Below are positions 9,434 to 19,561 of a DNA stretch of 64,000 bases, piece after piece. Both the position numbers and the translations under genes were made by a program. A model generated the notes under the pieces. It did not search any database. It saw only the letters and a list, made by a program, of their open reading frames with translations, and was not told the origin of the DNA. The number at the start of each line of letters is the position of its first letter. Position 1 is the first letter of the stretch. The stretch is from Gammaproteobacteria bacterium (lineage in GTDB: Bacteria; Pseudomonadota; Gammaproteobacteria; SG8-11): assembly GCA_024641505.1 (NCBI GenBank), contig JAHECY010000007.1:7250-71249 (forward strand). The letters run 5' to 3'.

Positions 9434-11623
9434 TCATGCGCGCATTCCGCCCTGTTCCCTGTCGTGAATCAACTTGACGACAATTTCAGAAAACTGGTCG
9501 ATGTTGATGGGTTTGGTTAAATATTCGTCGAAACCCGCCTTGAGACCGCGATCGATATTCACGGGCGTGGCATCAGCACTTACCGCAACAACCGGGATAG
9601 ATTTTGTGATCGGATCGCTACGCAATTTGCGCAAAATATCATACCCATCCGCCGCTCCCGCAAAGTAGACGTCAAGCAATATCAAGTCAAAATTGTGGGC
9701 ACGAATCATCTCCATGGCGAGCGTGGCATTGTGCGCATCGTAAAAGTGGATGCCGTGAATTTTTCTCAACACACTGGAGACCAAACGAAGATTAGCGGGA
9801 TTGTCCTCGACATAGAGAACGTTATGTTCATGATCCAGGCTGCCAGGTAAAACTGTGGGCATACTCTCCGTTTTGGTCTGCGGCAATTCGTGAGCGATAT
9901 TGAGCTCAATAAAAAAGCATGAACCCTCACCCTCTACGCTGCTGAATCCAACTTCTCCCCCCATCAACTCGACGAGTCGCTTGACCAGAGAGAGACCAAT
10001 GCCCGTACCATCCACTTGGCCCACGTCTGCATTGAGACGATCAAAAGGATCATAGACGCGATGCTGCATGGCTAACGGTATGCCGGATCCGGTATCGGAC
10101 ACGAAAATACGATAACGGTTCTCCTTGGCCTGACAACTAAGCTCTACAGTGCCGCATTCACGGTTATATTTTACGGCATTCGACAGCAAATTAAGCATCA
10201 CCTGCTTAAGTCGAACGCGATCGGCAAACACCATGACTGGCGTTGCCTTCCCCGGAATGCTCAGGGTGATGCCGTTCTGGTCTGCTAGCGGCCTGATAAG
10301 AGCGATACACTCGTCTACTAATTCATTGAATTCCACGCCTTCCATGGTAAGCTTCATATTGCCCGACTCGATACGCGACAGATCCAGTACTTCGTTTATC
10401 AGGTTCAGCAAATGCTGGCCGCCCTTCAATATTTCATCAATGCAATCAATATCATCGGCATCGAGATTATTGTTCTTGTTTTGTTTAAGCAACTGACCGA
10501 ACCCCAGGATGGCATTCATGGGTGTGCGCAGTTCATGGCTCATGCGTGAAAGAAATTCTGATTTTGCCTCATTGGCCCGTTTTGCCTGTTCCATCGCCGC
10601 CACCGCCTCCTCGGTACGCTGAAGTACACGCACTTCCAGTTCCATATTAACATTTTTCAATGCATCTTCAGCGGCGCGGATTCGTGTGATATCACGGATG
10701 ATGGTCGAATAATACAGCACCTTGTTCTGGGTGTCCTTGTGACCGAGAATGAGCTGAGAAACCTGCAATTCATTGCCGTTAGCGTCCAGCAACGCTATTT
10801 CGCCGGTCCAGGATCCCAACTGCGCGGCAGCGGGTAAACCTTCATTGATGACGATATTTCTTGCCCATGGAGGATGGAAATCCTGAAGCTGCACGGCGTT
10901 GAACTTCCAATCGTTCACACCAACCATAGAGCGTCCGGCCTGATTGAGATAAATAATATTTCCTTGTGGGTCCGCCATACCCACTAGATCCGTGGTAGCT
11001 TCCAGAATGGAGAGCATGCGCTCTTTGTCTTGTTCCAACTGGTTTCGATGCACGACTTCGCTACTCAAAGCAGCATTGGCCTCATGCAGGCGAACAGCTA
11101 ACTGCTGCAGATGGAGGGTTTCTTTCCGGTACAGAGACAATAGCCTGGCAACGCTACCCAACATGACTCCGATGAGCAACACCGCACCACCCAGTTGCAT
11201 GGCAAATATCCGGATATGCGCATGTACGACATCAAGATCTTTCTGCAGTGATAACGTGGCATTACCAGTATAGGAATAGGCGATGACAACATTACTGCTA
11301 ATGACCTGGTCACTTTTTTTGGTATCGGCCGATTTGTACTGGCTTAACACAAAACCGTTTTCCGCCGATAGCTGCAGCACCTGAACTTGCGGATCAGCAC
11401 CCCCCCAGTGTTGGAGAAGTTCGCTGGTATGCTGGTAATTTCCCTGCTGCAGATCATTTTTAACGAGTGAAGCCAGCAGATCGAGTTCATTCTGCGCAGC
11501 TTTCCGCTCGTCATCCATTTCATGCCGCCAGCGATCGTGCACCAGATAAACGTAGCCCAACACCAAAAACACAATCACCACTGACGTGATTGATCCGAAC
11601 GAATGAGTAAAGCGATGGATCAT
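9434..11623 (-). CDS. Membrane hybrid sensor histidine kinase (TM-periplasmic-TM-PAS-HisKA-HATPase-REC)
   Basis: SRMSHELRTPMN, NLLSNAVKY, DTGSGI, GTGIGL, C-terminal VEDN...LLD...KP. Confidence 0.92.
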   Translation of the reverse strand: MIHRFTHSFGSITSVVIVFLVLGYVYLVHDRWRHEMDDERKAAQNELDLLASLVKNDLQQGNYQHTSELLQHWGGADPQVQVLQLSAENGFVLSQYKSADTKKSDQVISSNVVIAYSYTGNATLSLQKDLDVVHAHIRIFAMQLGGAVLLIGVMLGSVARLLSLYRKETLHLQQLAVRLHEANAALSSEVVHRNQLEQDKERMLSILEATTDLVGMADPQGNIIYLNQAGRSMVGVNDWKFNAVQLQDFHPPWARNIVINEGLPAAAQLGSWTGEIALLDANGNELQVSQLILGHKDTQNKVLYYSTIIRDITRIRAAEDALKNVNMELEVRVLQRTEEAVAAMEQAKRANEAKSEFLSRMSHELRTPMNAILGFGQLLKQNKNNNLDADDIDCIDEILKGGQHLLNLINEVLDLSRIESGNMKLTMEGVEFNELVDECIALIRPLADQNGITLSIPGKATPVMVFADRVRLKQVMLNLLSNAVKYNRECGTVELSCQAKENRYRIFVSDTGSGIPLAMQHRVYDPFDRLNADVGQVDGTGIGLSLVKRLVELMGGEVGFSSVEGEGSCFFIELNIAHELPQTKTESMPTVLPGSLDHEHNVLYVEDNPANLRLVSSVLRKIHGIHFYDAHNATLAMEMIRAHNFDLILLDVYFAGAADGYDILRKLRSDPITKSIPVVAVSADATPVNIDRGLKAGFDEYLTKPINIDQFSEIVVKLIHDREQGGMRA

Positions 11624-12489
11624 TTTTCCGACCGCCGTAGTACAGCATTTACCGCCTTGATCATTTCGCGCAGCTCATCGTAATCCGTATTTTTTACCGG
11701 TACCAGGGCAGTGAGTTTCGGGTGCATTCTCTTGAGAATCTCTGCCCCACCTGGTTTGCCTGCCAGCTGTAGCATGGCTTGGCGTAGTTTCATAATATCC
11801 TCTGCCGGTAAATTGTCGCGTGCGACAAAAAGGTGATCCGGTACGCCCGGAGTTATGGCGATGGCCCGCAAACCTTTTGCTTCGAATTCATCAAACACTT
11901 CTTTTTTCATAGCGCCTGCATCATAGTCACCCGCGAGAATTCCCAGAGCCACATTTTTATGTGATCCAAGGAAGTGATAAGTGCCGGGTGATCCCTTCGG
12001 AATTCCGGCGGCTATCAGCATGTAACGGGGGACGATATGGCTCATGGTGGATTCCGGATCGCCAAAAGCGAAACGTTTATTTACCAGTTCTGTCAGGCTC
12101 GAAAAAGAACTATTCGCGCGCACCGCAATTACACCAAACAGCTTAGGGTTTCCAGCTACTTCAAAACGTGCTAATAGCGGTTTTTCGCCGTAGCGCTCAA
12201 CAACATTGATATAGGGTGCTGGGCCCATAAAGGCGATATCTACCTTATTCTCTCCAATAGCTTTAATATGCTCATCATAATTTCCACCAACACGAATCTG
12301 TATCTGTCGTCCTAACTGGTCTGACAGGTAAGCGGCGAATGGCCCAAATCGCTCCTGTATCTCCGGCAAAGGTAGATAGGGGTGGACAGCAAGCACCAAT
12401 GCTTGGTCGGCCGCCACTACAGGCGCGCCGGGTGCCATGACACAAAAAGAAATCAGAGCAGCTATAATATGGTAGACGGTTATTCTCAT
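11620..12489 (-). CDS. PhnD/PtxB-like periplasmic substrate-binding protein
   Basis: Signal peptide; DIAFMGP, FAFGDPESTMSH, GSHKNV motifs; its stop overlaps the kinase ATG. Confidence 0.85.
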   Translation of the reverse strand: MRITVYHIIAALISFCVMAPGAPVVAADQALVLAVHPYLPLPEIQERFGPFAAYLSDQLGRQIQIRVGGNYDEHIKAIGENKVDIAFMGPAPYINVVERYGEKPLLARFEVAGNPKLFGVIAVRANSSFSSLTELVNKRFAFGDPESTMSHIVPRYMLIAAGIPKGSPGTYHFLGSHKNVALGILAGDYDAGAMKKEVFDEFEAKGLRAIAITPGVPDHLFVARDNLPAEDIMKLRQAMLQLAGKPGGAEILKRMHPKLTALVPVKNTDYDELREMIKAVNAVLRRSEK

Positions 12490-13163
12490 CGCTAGCTCCT
12501 TCGTGGTCGAAGCCTATCAAAGCATAGCGTTCCTGAAATCACGGATCACTAAGAAATAATCATAACTGTATGGTTTAACAAGCAAGACTAATCTTCCCTC
12601 ATTTTCTGACGAAATTTGTGTGTTCCCCAATACACCAGATATCGACAAGGAAATTCTATCTCATGAACCAACTTATTGATTTAAGCCTGTGGTAAACATC
12701 GCGTGCCCGTGCGCCAAACACCGGTCTCCAGGCTGCAGCAAGTATAGCGCATAGAATTGCAGTCATTTACCACAGTTGTCAGATAAGAAATACAACGCCG
12801 ACTGGTCGCACGACGGCATTATCCATTACGGACACTAAGTGAGATTGGCGAGGTGTTGTTTCAGTTTCTGCTCCCCGGGATCGGTAAAAGCTAGCGGGTA
12901 GATGGTAGGCGTCGATGGCCGGCACTTCGTCCCAGGTGGCGATGGCGGTATCCCTGCATCGCCTTGCGGTGCAAGAGATCCACAATATCGGGGGCAAGCC
13001 GGCTCAGAGCCTGTGGTGCCTGTTAGTACGCGGGCATCAGACGCAATACCAGCAACAAGTTATCGATAGGCTTCGACCTTGTTGCCAACCCGTCAAACTT
13101 GTTGCGCGTTGTGATCGGAGCTGAAAGTGTGAAATAAAATTTATGAGAAGTCACAAGGTCGGC

Positions 13164-13192
13164 AAAAAAAAGGATGCGCAGCAGCGCATCCT
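13164..13192 (-). terminator. Intrinsic terminator after hemerythrin
   Basis: Minus strand AGGATGCGC-tgct-GCGCATCCT followed by a T-run. Confidence 0.8.
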
Positions 13193-13215
13193 CATCTTGT
13201 CCATATTACTTTAGG

Positions 13216-13626
13216 TTACTTGATACCATGCGCTTTCATGGTTTCTTCATATTTCTTGTCCATTACCAGGATGTGCTCCCGCAACCATCTTACGGAAGTA
13301 TCGGCAACCTCGGCGACGGTAAAAATGGCTTGTCCTTTGTCAGCCTTCGCTTTGTACTCATTCATCTTGTCGACGAACATTACATGTTCGCGCTTCTGCG
13401 CGCCGATCCCTGCATAGTTGATTCGTTCCATGATTTTTTCTTCTTCGGAAAAATGATAAACTGTATAATCCACCAATTCACGGATAGTGGCGGCAATACG
13501 GTCCTCCGCTTGACCCTGTTTCATCGCGTCGTGAAGCTTGTTCATAATATCGAACAAATTTCTGTGGTGGCTGTCCATGCTGCCGACTCCCACACTGTAT
13601 TCATTACTCCAGGTAAACAATGGCAT
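13216..13626 (-). CDS. Bacteriohemerythrin
   Basis: W-x3-YSVG, D-x2-H, HFSEEE, QKREH, WLREHILVMD. Confidence 0.92.
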   Translation of the reverse strand: MPLFTWSNEYSVGVGSMDSHHRNLFDIMNKLHDAMKQGQAEDRIAATIRELVDYTVYHFSEEEKIMERINYAGIGAQKREHVMFVDKMNEYKAKADKGQAIFTVAEVADTSVRWLREHILVMDKKYEETMKAHGIK

Positions 13627-13960
13627 GTTTCGATCTCCTCAATTACGACCTATTATCTTTTGTTAAATGACTACGAATTCAATGACAACGGAATACACGC
13701 GCTACTGACCCAATCGCCATATCGTGTATTTCGTCATAAGTGATAGGAAAGTGAAGTGAAGAAATTGCAAGAAACAATCGTAACCTTTTGATTATTATTA
13801 ATTTTGCGATTAATGTCGTGACAATAGTTAACTAATATCTGAGCCTATGTTTTCTTTTGAAGTAACAGTTTGTAAAAGACCGTGATGTGATAAAGTTAAG
13901 CACGGCGACCCGGTCAATATTTCGCTGCCATCCCTCATTCCGCCCATACACAGTGATCCA

Positions 13961-14260
13961 ATGAAACTATTGATACGCAATCTCGCCCGCAATACCACGG
14001 AAACAGAACTCCGCGTCATGTTCGAGGCTTACGGTGCGGTGCAGTCCTGCACCGTGGTGATCGATAAAGCTACGGGGACCTCCAAAGGTTTTGGCTTCGT
14101 GGAAATGCCTAAACCGGGTGAGGCCAAGGCGGCCATGAAAAACCTCAACGGCAAGGAAATCTCCGGCAGCAAGATCCGCGTAAAAAAAGCGGAAGCAAAG
14201 CCTGATGTGGCAGCGGCGCCGCCAGACGTCGACCATGCCGATGACCCGTCCGATGGGTAA
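13961..14260 (+). CDS. RRM RNA-binding protein
   Basis: RNP2 LLIRNL and RNP1 KGFGFVEM. Confidence 0.92.
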   Translation: MKLLIRNLARNTTETELRVMFEAYGAVQSCTVVIDKATGTSKGFGFVEMPKPGEAKAAMKNLNGKEISGSKIRVKKAEAKPDVAAAPPDVDHADDPSDG

Positions 14261-14516
14261 AACACCTGCCCCGGACCCGTTACACGGCGTGACCCTGGAG
14301 CTGATGATTACCCGGCTGGTGGGAAAATATGGATGGGCGGATTTGGGCCGTCGCATCAAGATTAAGTGTTTTATCATTGATCCGAGTATCGCCTCCAGCC
14401 TCAAGTTTCTGCGTAAAACACCTTGGGCACGGCAAAAAGTCGAGACTCTTTATCTACGTGGTAAATGGCCGGCCGTCGCACCAGCTAAGGGTCAAACCGA
14501 TGACACGGAATTGTAG
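14253..14516 (+). CDS. VF530/DUF2132-family protein
   Basis: DPLHGVTLE...YGW...[19 protein letters not shown]. Confidence 0.88.
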   Translation: MGKTPAPDPLHGVTLELMITRLVGKYGWADLGRRIKIKCFIIDPSIASSLKFLRKTPWARQKVETLYLRGKWPAVAPAKGQTDDTEL

Positions 14517-14634
14517 GGGGCGATGTACGCTCTGTTATTTTGCAGGTTCTGGCAGTGCCAACCAAGATTTTCTGGAATATTTGACAACGGTTGATTCTAA
14601 AGGGGCCCCATACGAAAACAGGCATGGCTCCATA

Positions 14635-15249
14635 TTACAAGTAAAACAAAATTCCGAAGTAATGGCTGGCGCTGCCCGCGAGTACGAACAGATGCCAAAT
14701 ACCATGGCACCGGGGATACCAGTGGTCAAGGACATAGAACACGATGCCCGACGTGTAAAATATTCCGCCCGCCAGCAGCCAGTCAAACCCGCGCGGCGAC
14801 AGCACGGCGATCATCGGATCCAGGGCAAACACGCACAACCAGCCCATGACCAGATAGATAACAATCGGTACCACTCTGGCACCTTTACGCGGCATCGCAT
14901 CCAGAATTATACCGAGCAACGCCAGTCCCCAATTTGCGCCGAACAGCCACCAACCCAAGCTGCCTTTGACCGTCAGCAGCATATACGGCGTATAGGTGCC
15001 TGCGATCAGCAAATAAATCGCCTGGTGGTCGAGAATCTTGAATATCTGTTTCGCCCGGCCGGAGAGACTGTGATAAAGCGTGGAGGCAAGATAGAGCAGG
15101 AACAGAGTGAGACCGTAGACACTGAAACTGGCAATCCTGCGCACATCGCCATCCAATGCGGCAAAGGTTACCAGCACCGCAGCCCCCGCCAGCGCAAGTA
15201 CCGCACCGACCAGGTGACTGATACTGTTGAGCCGTTCGCCTTTGTACAT
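14635..15249 (-). CDS. Hemolysin III / PAQR-family membrane protein
   Basis: ERLNSISH, STLYH, DHQAIYLLIAGTYTP, HGIWHLFV. Confidence 0.92.
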   Translation of the reverse strand: MYKGERLNSISHLVGAVLALAGAAVLVTFAALDGDVRRIASFSVYGLTLFLLYLASTLYHSLSGRAKQIFKILDHQAIYLLIAGTYTPYMLLTVKGSLGWWLFGANWGLALLGIILDAMPRKGARVVPIVIYLVMGWLCVFALDPMIAVLSPRGFDWLLAGGIFYTSGIVFYVLDHWYPRCHGIWHLFVLAGSASHYFGILFYL

Positions 15250-15400
15250 GGCCTAGCCTGCCTGCTGCTCAACAATCGCTGGAAATAAATTCGGCATCCC
15301 TGGACGCATTTGCACTATGCCACGCCTGAGACCTGGATACACGGCGCTCCATGGCGCTTGAAAAACCCACGACATCAAGCAGCCGGAGGTTCCCGCATAT

Positions 15401-16372
15401 TTAGTTGCGCTTAGCGCCATCCGGCGCCATGCCCTTTAGAAACTTGAACAAATCGCTGTCCGTGGACAATACCAGTGTCGTATTCTGGGCGATTATTGTT
15501 TTGTACGCCTGCATAGTACGAATGAATTCATAGAATTCCACCGCCTTGGGGCTTTGATTATAGGCTTTGGCGTATATTTCCGTGGCTTTTGCGTCGGCCA
15601 CGCCGCGGATTTCCTCGACCTGACGGTAGGCTTCTGACTGGATCTTGTTCAAGTCACGTACGCGATTACCGCGGATTCGCGCGGCCTCGCCATTACCCTC
15701 CGACAGGAAACGTTCCGCGATTTGCCGTCGCTCGCTGACCATACGGTCATAAATTTTCGGACGCACACTCTCGTTATAGTTAATGCGTTTGAATCGTATA
15801 TCCAGCAATTCAATGCCGAACACACGCACTTTCTCGGCGGCTGCGCTATATATCTCCTGCTCCACCTGCTTACGCCCTTTCTGTATAGGCACCAGCGCAC
15901 CCATATCCCGCTCCGCTTCGGTCAAAAGGGTATCGCGCAACGGAACGCGATCTTTAGTGGTGCGAATAATTTCGATCAATTCATGCTTGGCGACTGCATT
16001 CCGGGTTTCGCTGCCGAGGATATCATCCAGACGCGATTGGGCACTGCGTTCGTCGCGGAGTCGCAGGAAATATTGCAGGGAATCGGTAATACGCCAGCGC
16101 GCGAACAGGTCGACGGAAATATAGAGCTTGTCCTTGGTAGGCATATCGGACGGCGTGCCGTCCCATTCCAGCACCCGTTTATCAATAGCATTGACATCCT
16201 GGATGAAAGGCATTTTTACCTTCAGCCCCGCTTCAGTCACCGGTTCACCGATCGGTTTGCCAAATTGGGTGATAATCACCTGTTCGACTTCGCTGACGGT
16301 ATACACCGAACTCATCATGACATACGTACCAACACCTAACACCAGCAGAATGATGATATGCGCTATTCTCAT
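15401..16372 (-). CDS. hflC: FtsH modulator HflC (SPFH domain)
   Basis: N-terminal TM; SPFH domain; RMVSERRQIA...GE. Confidence 0.9.
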   Translation of the reverse strand: MRIAHIIILLVLGVGTYVMMSSVYTVSEVEQVIITQFGKPIGEPVTEAGLKVKMPFIQDVNAIDKRVLEWDGTPSDMPTKDKLYISVDLFARWRITDSLQYFLRLRDERSAQSRLDDILGSETRNAVAKHELIEIIRTTKDRVPLRDTLLTEAERDMGALVPIQKGRKQVEQEIYSAAAEKVRVFGIELLDIRFKRINYNESVRPKIYDRMVSERRQIAERFLSEGNGEAARIRGNRVRDLNKIQSEAYRQVEEIRGVADAKATEIYAKAYNQSPKAVEFYEFIRTMQAYKTIIAQNTTLVLSTDSDLFKFLKGMAPDGAKRN

Positions 16373-17427
16373 GGCCGATCCTCCTTCTGACCATCAAGAT
16401 TCAGCAGTGGCAAAATACTGCGATTCTTCTCATCGACAATGACTTTGGAACGAATGGTCGGCAGAATCTCCTGCAGCGTTTCGATATAGATTCTACGACG
16501 TGTTACTTCCGGCGCCTTGTTGTATTCGGTAAACAGTGCGTTGAAACGCGCAACATCGCCTTCCGCCTCATTGATGCGTTTCAAGCGATAACCATCGGCT
16601 TCGCGAATACGTTGATCCTTCTCACCCTCCGCCAGGGGAATCACCTTATTGTAATCCCGTCGTGCTTCATTGATCAGTTTTTCTTTCTCCTGCTGCGCCT
16701 GGTTGACCTCGTTAAACGATTCTTGCACTGGTGCCGGCGGATTGATGTTTTTTAGTTGAACCTGATCGATATTGATCCCCATGGTATACTTGGTCGCAAG
16801 TGCCTGCATCTTGCTCAAGGCTTCGCTTTCAATTTCCTGGCGACCGACGGTCAGAACTTCATCCACGGTGCGATCACCGACCACTTCCCGCATCACCGAC
16901 TCGGAGACATAGCGTAAGGTTTCGCTGGGTTCGCGCACCACAAACAGGTATTTGGCGGGATCAGCGATACGGTATTGCACTACCCATTCCACCAAAGCGG
17001 CGTTGAGATCGCCTGTTACCATTTCCGTTTCTTTTTTTCCGTCACGTGGACTTTGATAAGGATCTGTGGCGCCAGGTGTTGCAAAACCGAATTCCTGTTT
17101 CAACTGGCGCTTTACCGGGACGATGGTTGCTTTGTCGATGCCCAATGGCAGCTTGAAGTGCAACCCCGGTGGCACATCCGTGAGAAATTTTCCGAATCGC
17201 TGAATAACCGCAACCGAATCGCTGGGCACCGTGTAATAGGCCGTCCATGCACCAAGAGCCATCAAAGCAAGAATCACCAAAACGATGGCCCCACGTGGGC
17301 CACCGTTTGGTAAGATATTTTTGGATTTTTTCTGCCACTGCCGAACCAGGCCCTCGAAGTCAAAATCAGGCCCGGATCCACTACCCCATGGATTACCCCG
17401 GCCACCGTTACCGTGTTGCGATGGCAT
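16369..17427 (-). CDS. hflK: FtsH modulator HflK (SPFH domain)
   Basis: NPWG leader, RFGK, MVTGD, APEVTRRRIYIET. Confidence 0.9.
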   Translation of the reverse strand: MPSQHGNGGRGNPWGSGSGPDFDFEGLVRQWQKKSKNILPNGGPRGAIVLVILALMALGAWTAYYTVPSDSVAVIQRFGKFLTDVPPGLHFKLPLGIDKATIVPVKRQLKQEFGFATPGATDPYQSPRDGKKETEMVTGDLNAALVEWVVQYRIADPAKYLFVVREPSETLRYVSESVMREVVGDRTVDEVLTVGRQEIESEALSKMQALATKYTMGINIDQVQLKNINPPAPVQESFNEVNQAQQEKEKLINEARRDYNKVIPLAEGEKDQRIREADGYRLKRINEAEGDVARFNALFTEYNKAPEVTRRRIYIETLQEILPTIRSKVIVDEKNRSILPLLNLDGQKEDRP

Positions 17428-17457
17428 CGCGATGCCCTCCTCTAATAATGAACGCGA

Positions 17458-17574
17458 CTAATTTCCGTGCAATCCCCCGGATTGTTTTTTGGATTTCTTC
17501 TTTGCCTTTTTTTCTTTTGGCGTTAAGGCCGGTTTCTTTTTCTCTTCTTTGGTGCTATTGCGTTCTTTCGACAT
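17458..17574 (-). CDS. Small Lys-rich protein, 38 aa (MSKERNSTKEEKKKPALTPKEKKAKKKSKKQSGGLHGN); below the ORF-track cut-off
   Basis: AAGGA RBS, ATG at 17574, TAG at 17458; 30 nt upstream of hflK. Confidence 0.7.
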   Translation of the reverse strand: MSKERNSTKEEKKKPALTPKEKKAKKKSKKQSGGLHGN

Positions 17575-18360
17575 GTTAACGATTCCTTATGGTCCTGGAG
17601 CATCTACGTGGAAATAACGGTATGGCACACTATAAAAGAATATGTGGCGGCACGCGAGGCAATATAGACCCCTATTAATGTGGGATATTGTGTTCGCAGT
17701 TTTTCAACTGTCGTAAAAAATAAATCATGCGGGATTGAACTAAATCATCAACGCATACTTGATACGGGGCAGATCGAACGCAGCGACTCATGTATAAAAC
17801 GCAAAAACCGGCCCGCAAACACGCAATTCTCAGCCTTCCAAAAAGATAATGCTAATTCGGGTTTCGGTTATGAATTTCTGACGCATTGGTCGGCATCTCT
17901 GTTCAATCGTGTCCAGCTTGCGACCGATAACTGACCGAAACGCGTGACTATGCACGGCAAATCTTTGAAAAATTACTGGCGCACTGATATATCTGTCGTG
18001 CACAAGGCCACAGTCGCCTGGTTAACCACGAACATAACCTGCCATCGATGGGAATCCAAGAGGGTGGTATCCCGGACGAAAAGATCAGTATTGATGCCGA
18101 CTTGACCTGTGTTCTTCAGGTCAAAACGGTTTGGCGCACCGTACAATCCTGGATACCGCGCCGGACCGAGCCGTCACGGCGGAAAAATTTGTCCCCCAGA
18201 TTTACTTATGATTAATTATTGAGCATACTTCGTGACAACTTACTTACCACCCTGAAAAAATACGGAGTCATCGGGTAAATATAGGGGTATTGGACCATAA
18301 TAATAGATGTCAGGCTTCATCCTTCGATATCATATTCACCCACTTATCATTTGGATAACT

Positions 18361-19488
18361 ATGGAAATCTATCAAGACACTCTTGATGCGTTGAACGCCA
18401 ACATTCCACTGCGAGATAAGCTGATCCAGACCCATTTAGCGGTTAAGAAGCAATTTCCTTTTATTGCGCGCATTGCTATCGCCCTGTACGACGCCAAGAC
18501 AAACCTGCTTAAAACTTACCTGCATAGCAGCGGTGAAGATAATCCATTGACCAACTATATCACTCACCTGAGTAACGCGCCTTCGCTCGAGAATATTCTC
18601 AAGGAGGGGCGGCCGCGCGTAATCAATAACATGCTGACCATGGAAGACCAGCGCCATGAGCACAGCAAACGCATCGGACGGCAGGGTTACGCCGCCAGCT
18701 ACACTATGCCGATATTCTCCAACGGAGTGTTTCTCGGTTTTATTTTTTTCAACGCCAAAGAAACCGATGTCTTCACCGATATCGCACTCAACCAGCTCGA
18801 TGTCTTTGGTCACATGATAGCCTTGATGGTGATCAACGAGTTAACCGCCATGCGCACTCTGGTTGCGGCGGTCACCACAACATCCCGTTTTACTCATCTG
18901 CGGGATCCGGAAACCGGCAGCCACATCGACCGTATGTCGCGGTATGCTCGACTGATCACACGTGCACTGACTGCCAAACACCAACTGAATGATGACTATG
19001 TTGAACATGTGTTCATGTACTCACCCCTGCACGATATCGGCAAGATCGCCATTCCGGACAATATCTTGTTTAAACCGGGTCCGTTGAATGACAATGAACG
19101 GGACATCATGCGCACCCATTCACGCAAAGGACGGGAAATTATCGATGAAGTTCTTGCCAATTTTGGTCTGGACGGCGTGCAACAGGTTAATATTCTGCGC
19201 AACATAGCGGAATTTCACCATGAATCGATGGATGGTCGAGGTTATCCCGCCGGCCTCAAGGGCGAGGAAATTCCACTCGAGGCTCGCATTGTCGCCGTTG
19301 CTGATATATTCGACGCACTCACCAGCCGGCGCTCCTATAAAACCGCCTGGAGCAACGAGGATGCATTTGCCATGCTGATGGAAATGGCCGGGGAGAAACT
19401 CGATACCGAGTGTGTGCAGGCGTTAATCGATAACCAAACGGAAATCGAACAGATCCAGAAACAGTTCCGCGAAGACCCGCTGGGCTAG
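18361..19488 (+). CDS. GAF + HD-GYP c-di-GMP phosphodiesterase
   Basis: RDPETGSH, LHDIGK, HHESMDGRGYP, VADIFDALTS. Confidence 0.92.
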   Translation: MEIYQDTLDALNANIPLRDKLIQTHLAVKKQFPFIARIAIALYDAKTNLLKTYLHSSGEDNPLTNYITHLSNAPSLENILKEGRPRVINNMLTMEDQRHEHSKRIGRQGYAASYTMPIFSNGVFLGFIFFNAKETDVFTDIALNQLDVFGHMIALMVINELTAMRTLVAAVTTTSRFTHLRDPETGSHIDRMSRYARLITRALTAKHQLNDDYVEHVFMYSPLHDIGKIAIPDNILFKPGPLNDNERDIMRTHSRKGREIIDEVLANFGLDGVQQVNILRNIAEFHHESMDGRGYPAGLKGEEIPLEARIVAVADIFDALTSRRSYKTAWSNEDAFAMLMEMAGEKLDTECVQALIDNQTEIEQIQKQFREDPLG

Positions 19489-19561
19489 CACCGTCTGGAT
19501 GCCCGCAGCAGATGGTAGACCGAGGCTCTTGGCCCATTGGCTTCCCAAAGGAGAGGTACCA

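Noticed and set aside
13788..13801. FNR-like TTGAT-TATT-ATTAA upstream of hemerythrin
   Set aside because: One mismatch in very AT-rich DNA; a chance match is likely
14329..15288. 319-aa plus-strand ORF and similar long antisense ORFs throughout the window
   Set aside because: Antisense shadows of well-supported genes, with no motifs of their own
17950..18060. GGCAAA...GAAA...GGCGCA resembling a c-di-GMP-I riboswitch upstream of HD-GYP
   Set aside because: The stems do not pair and the downstream consensus is absent
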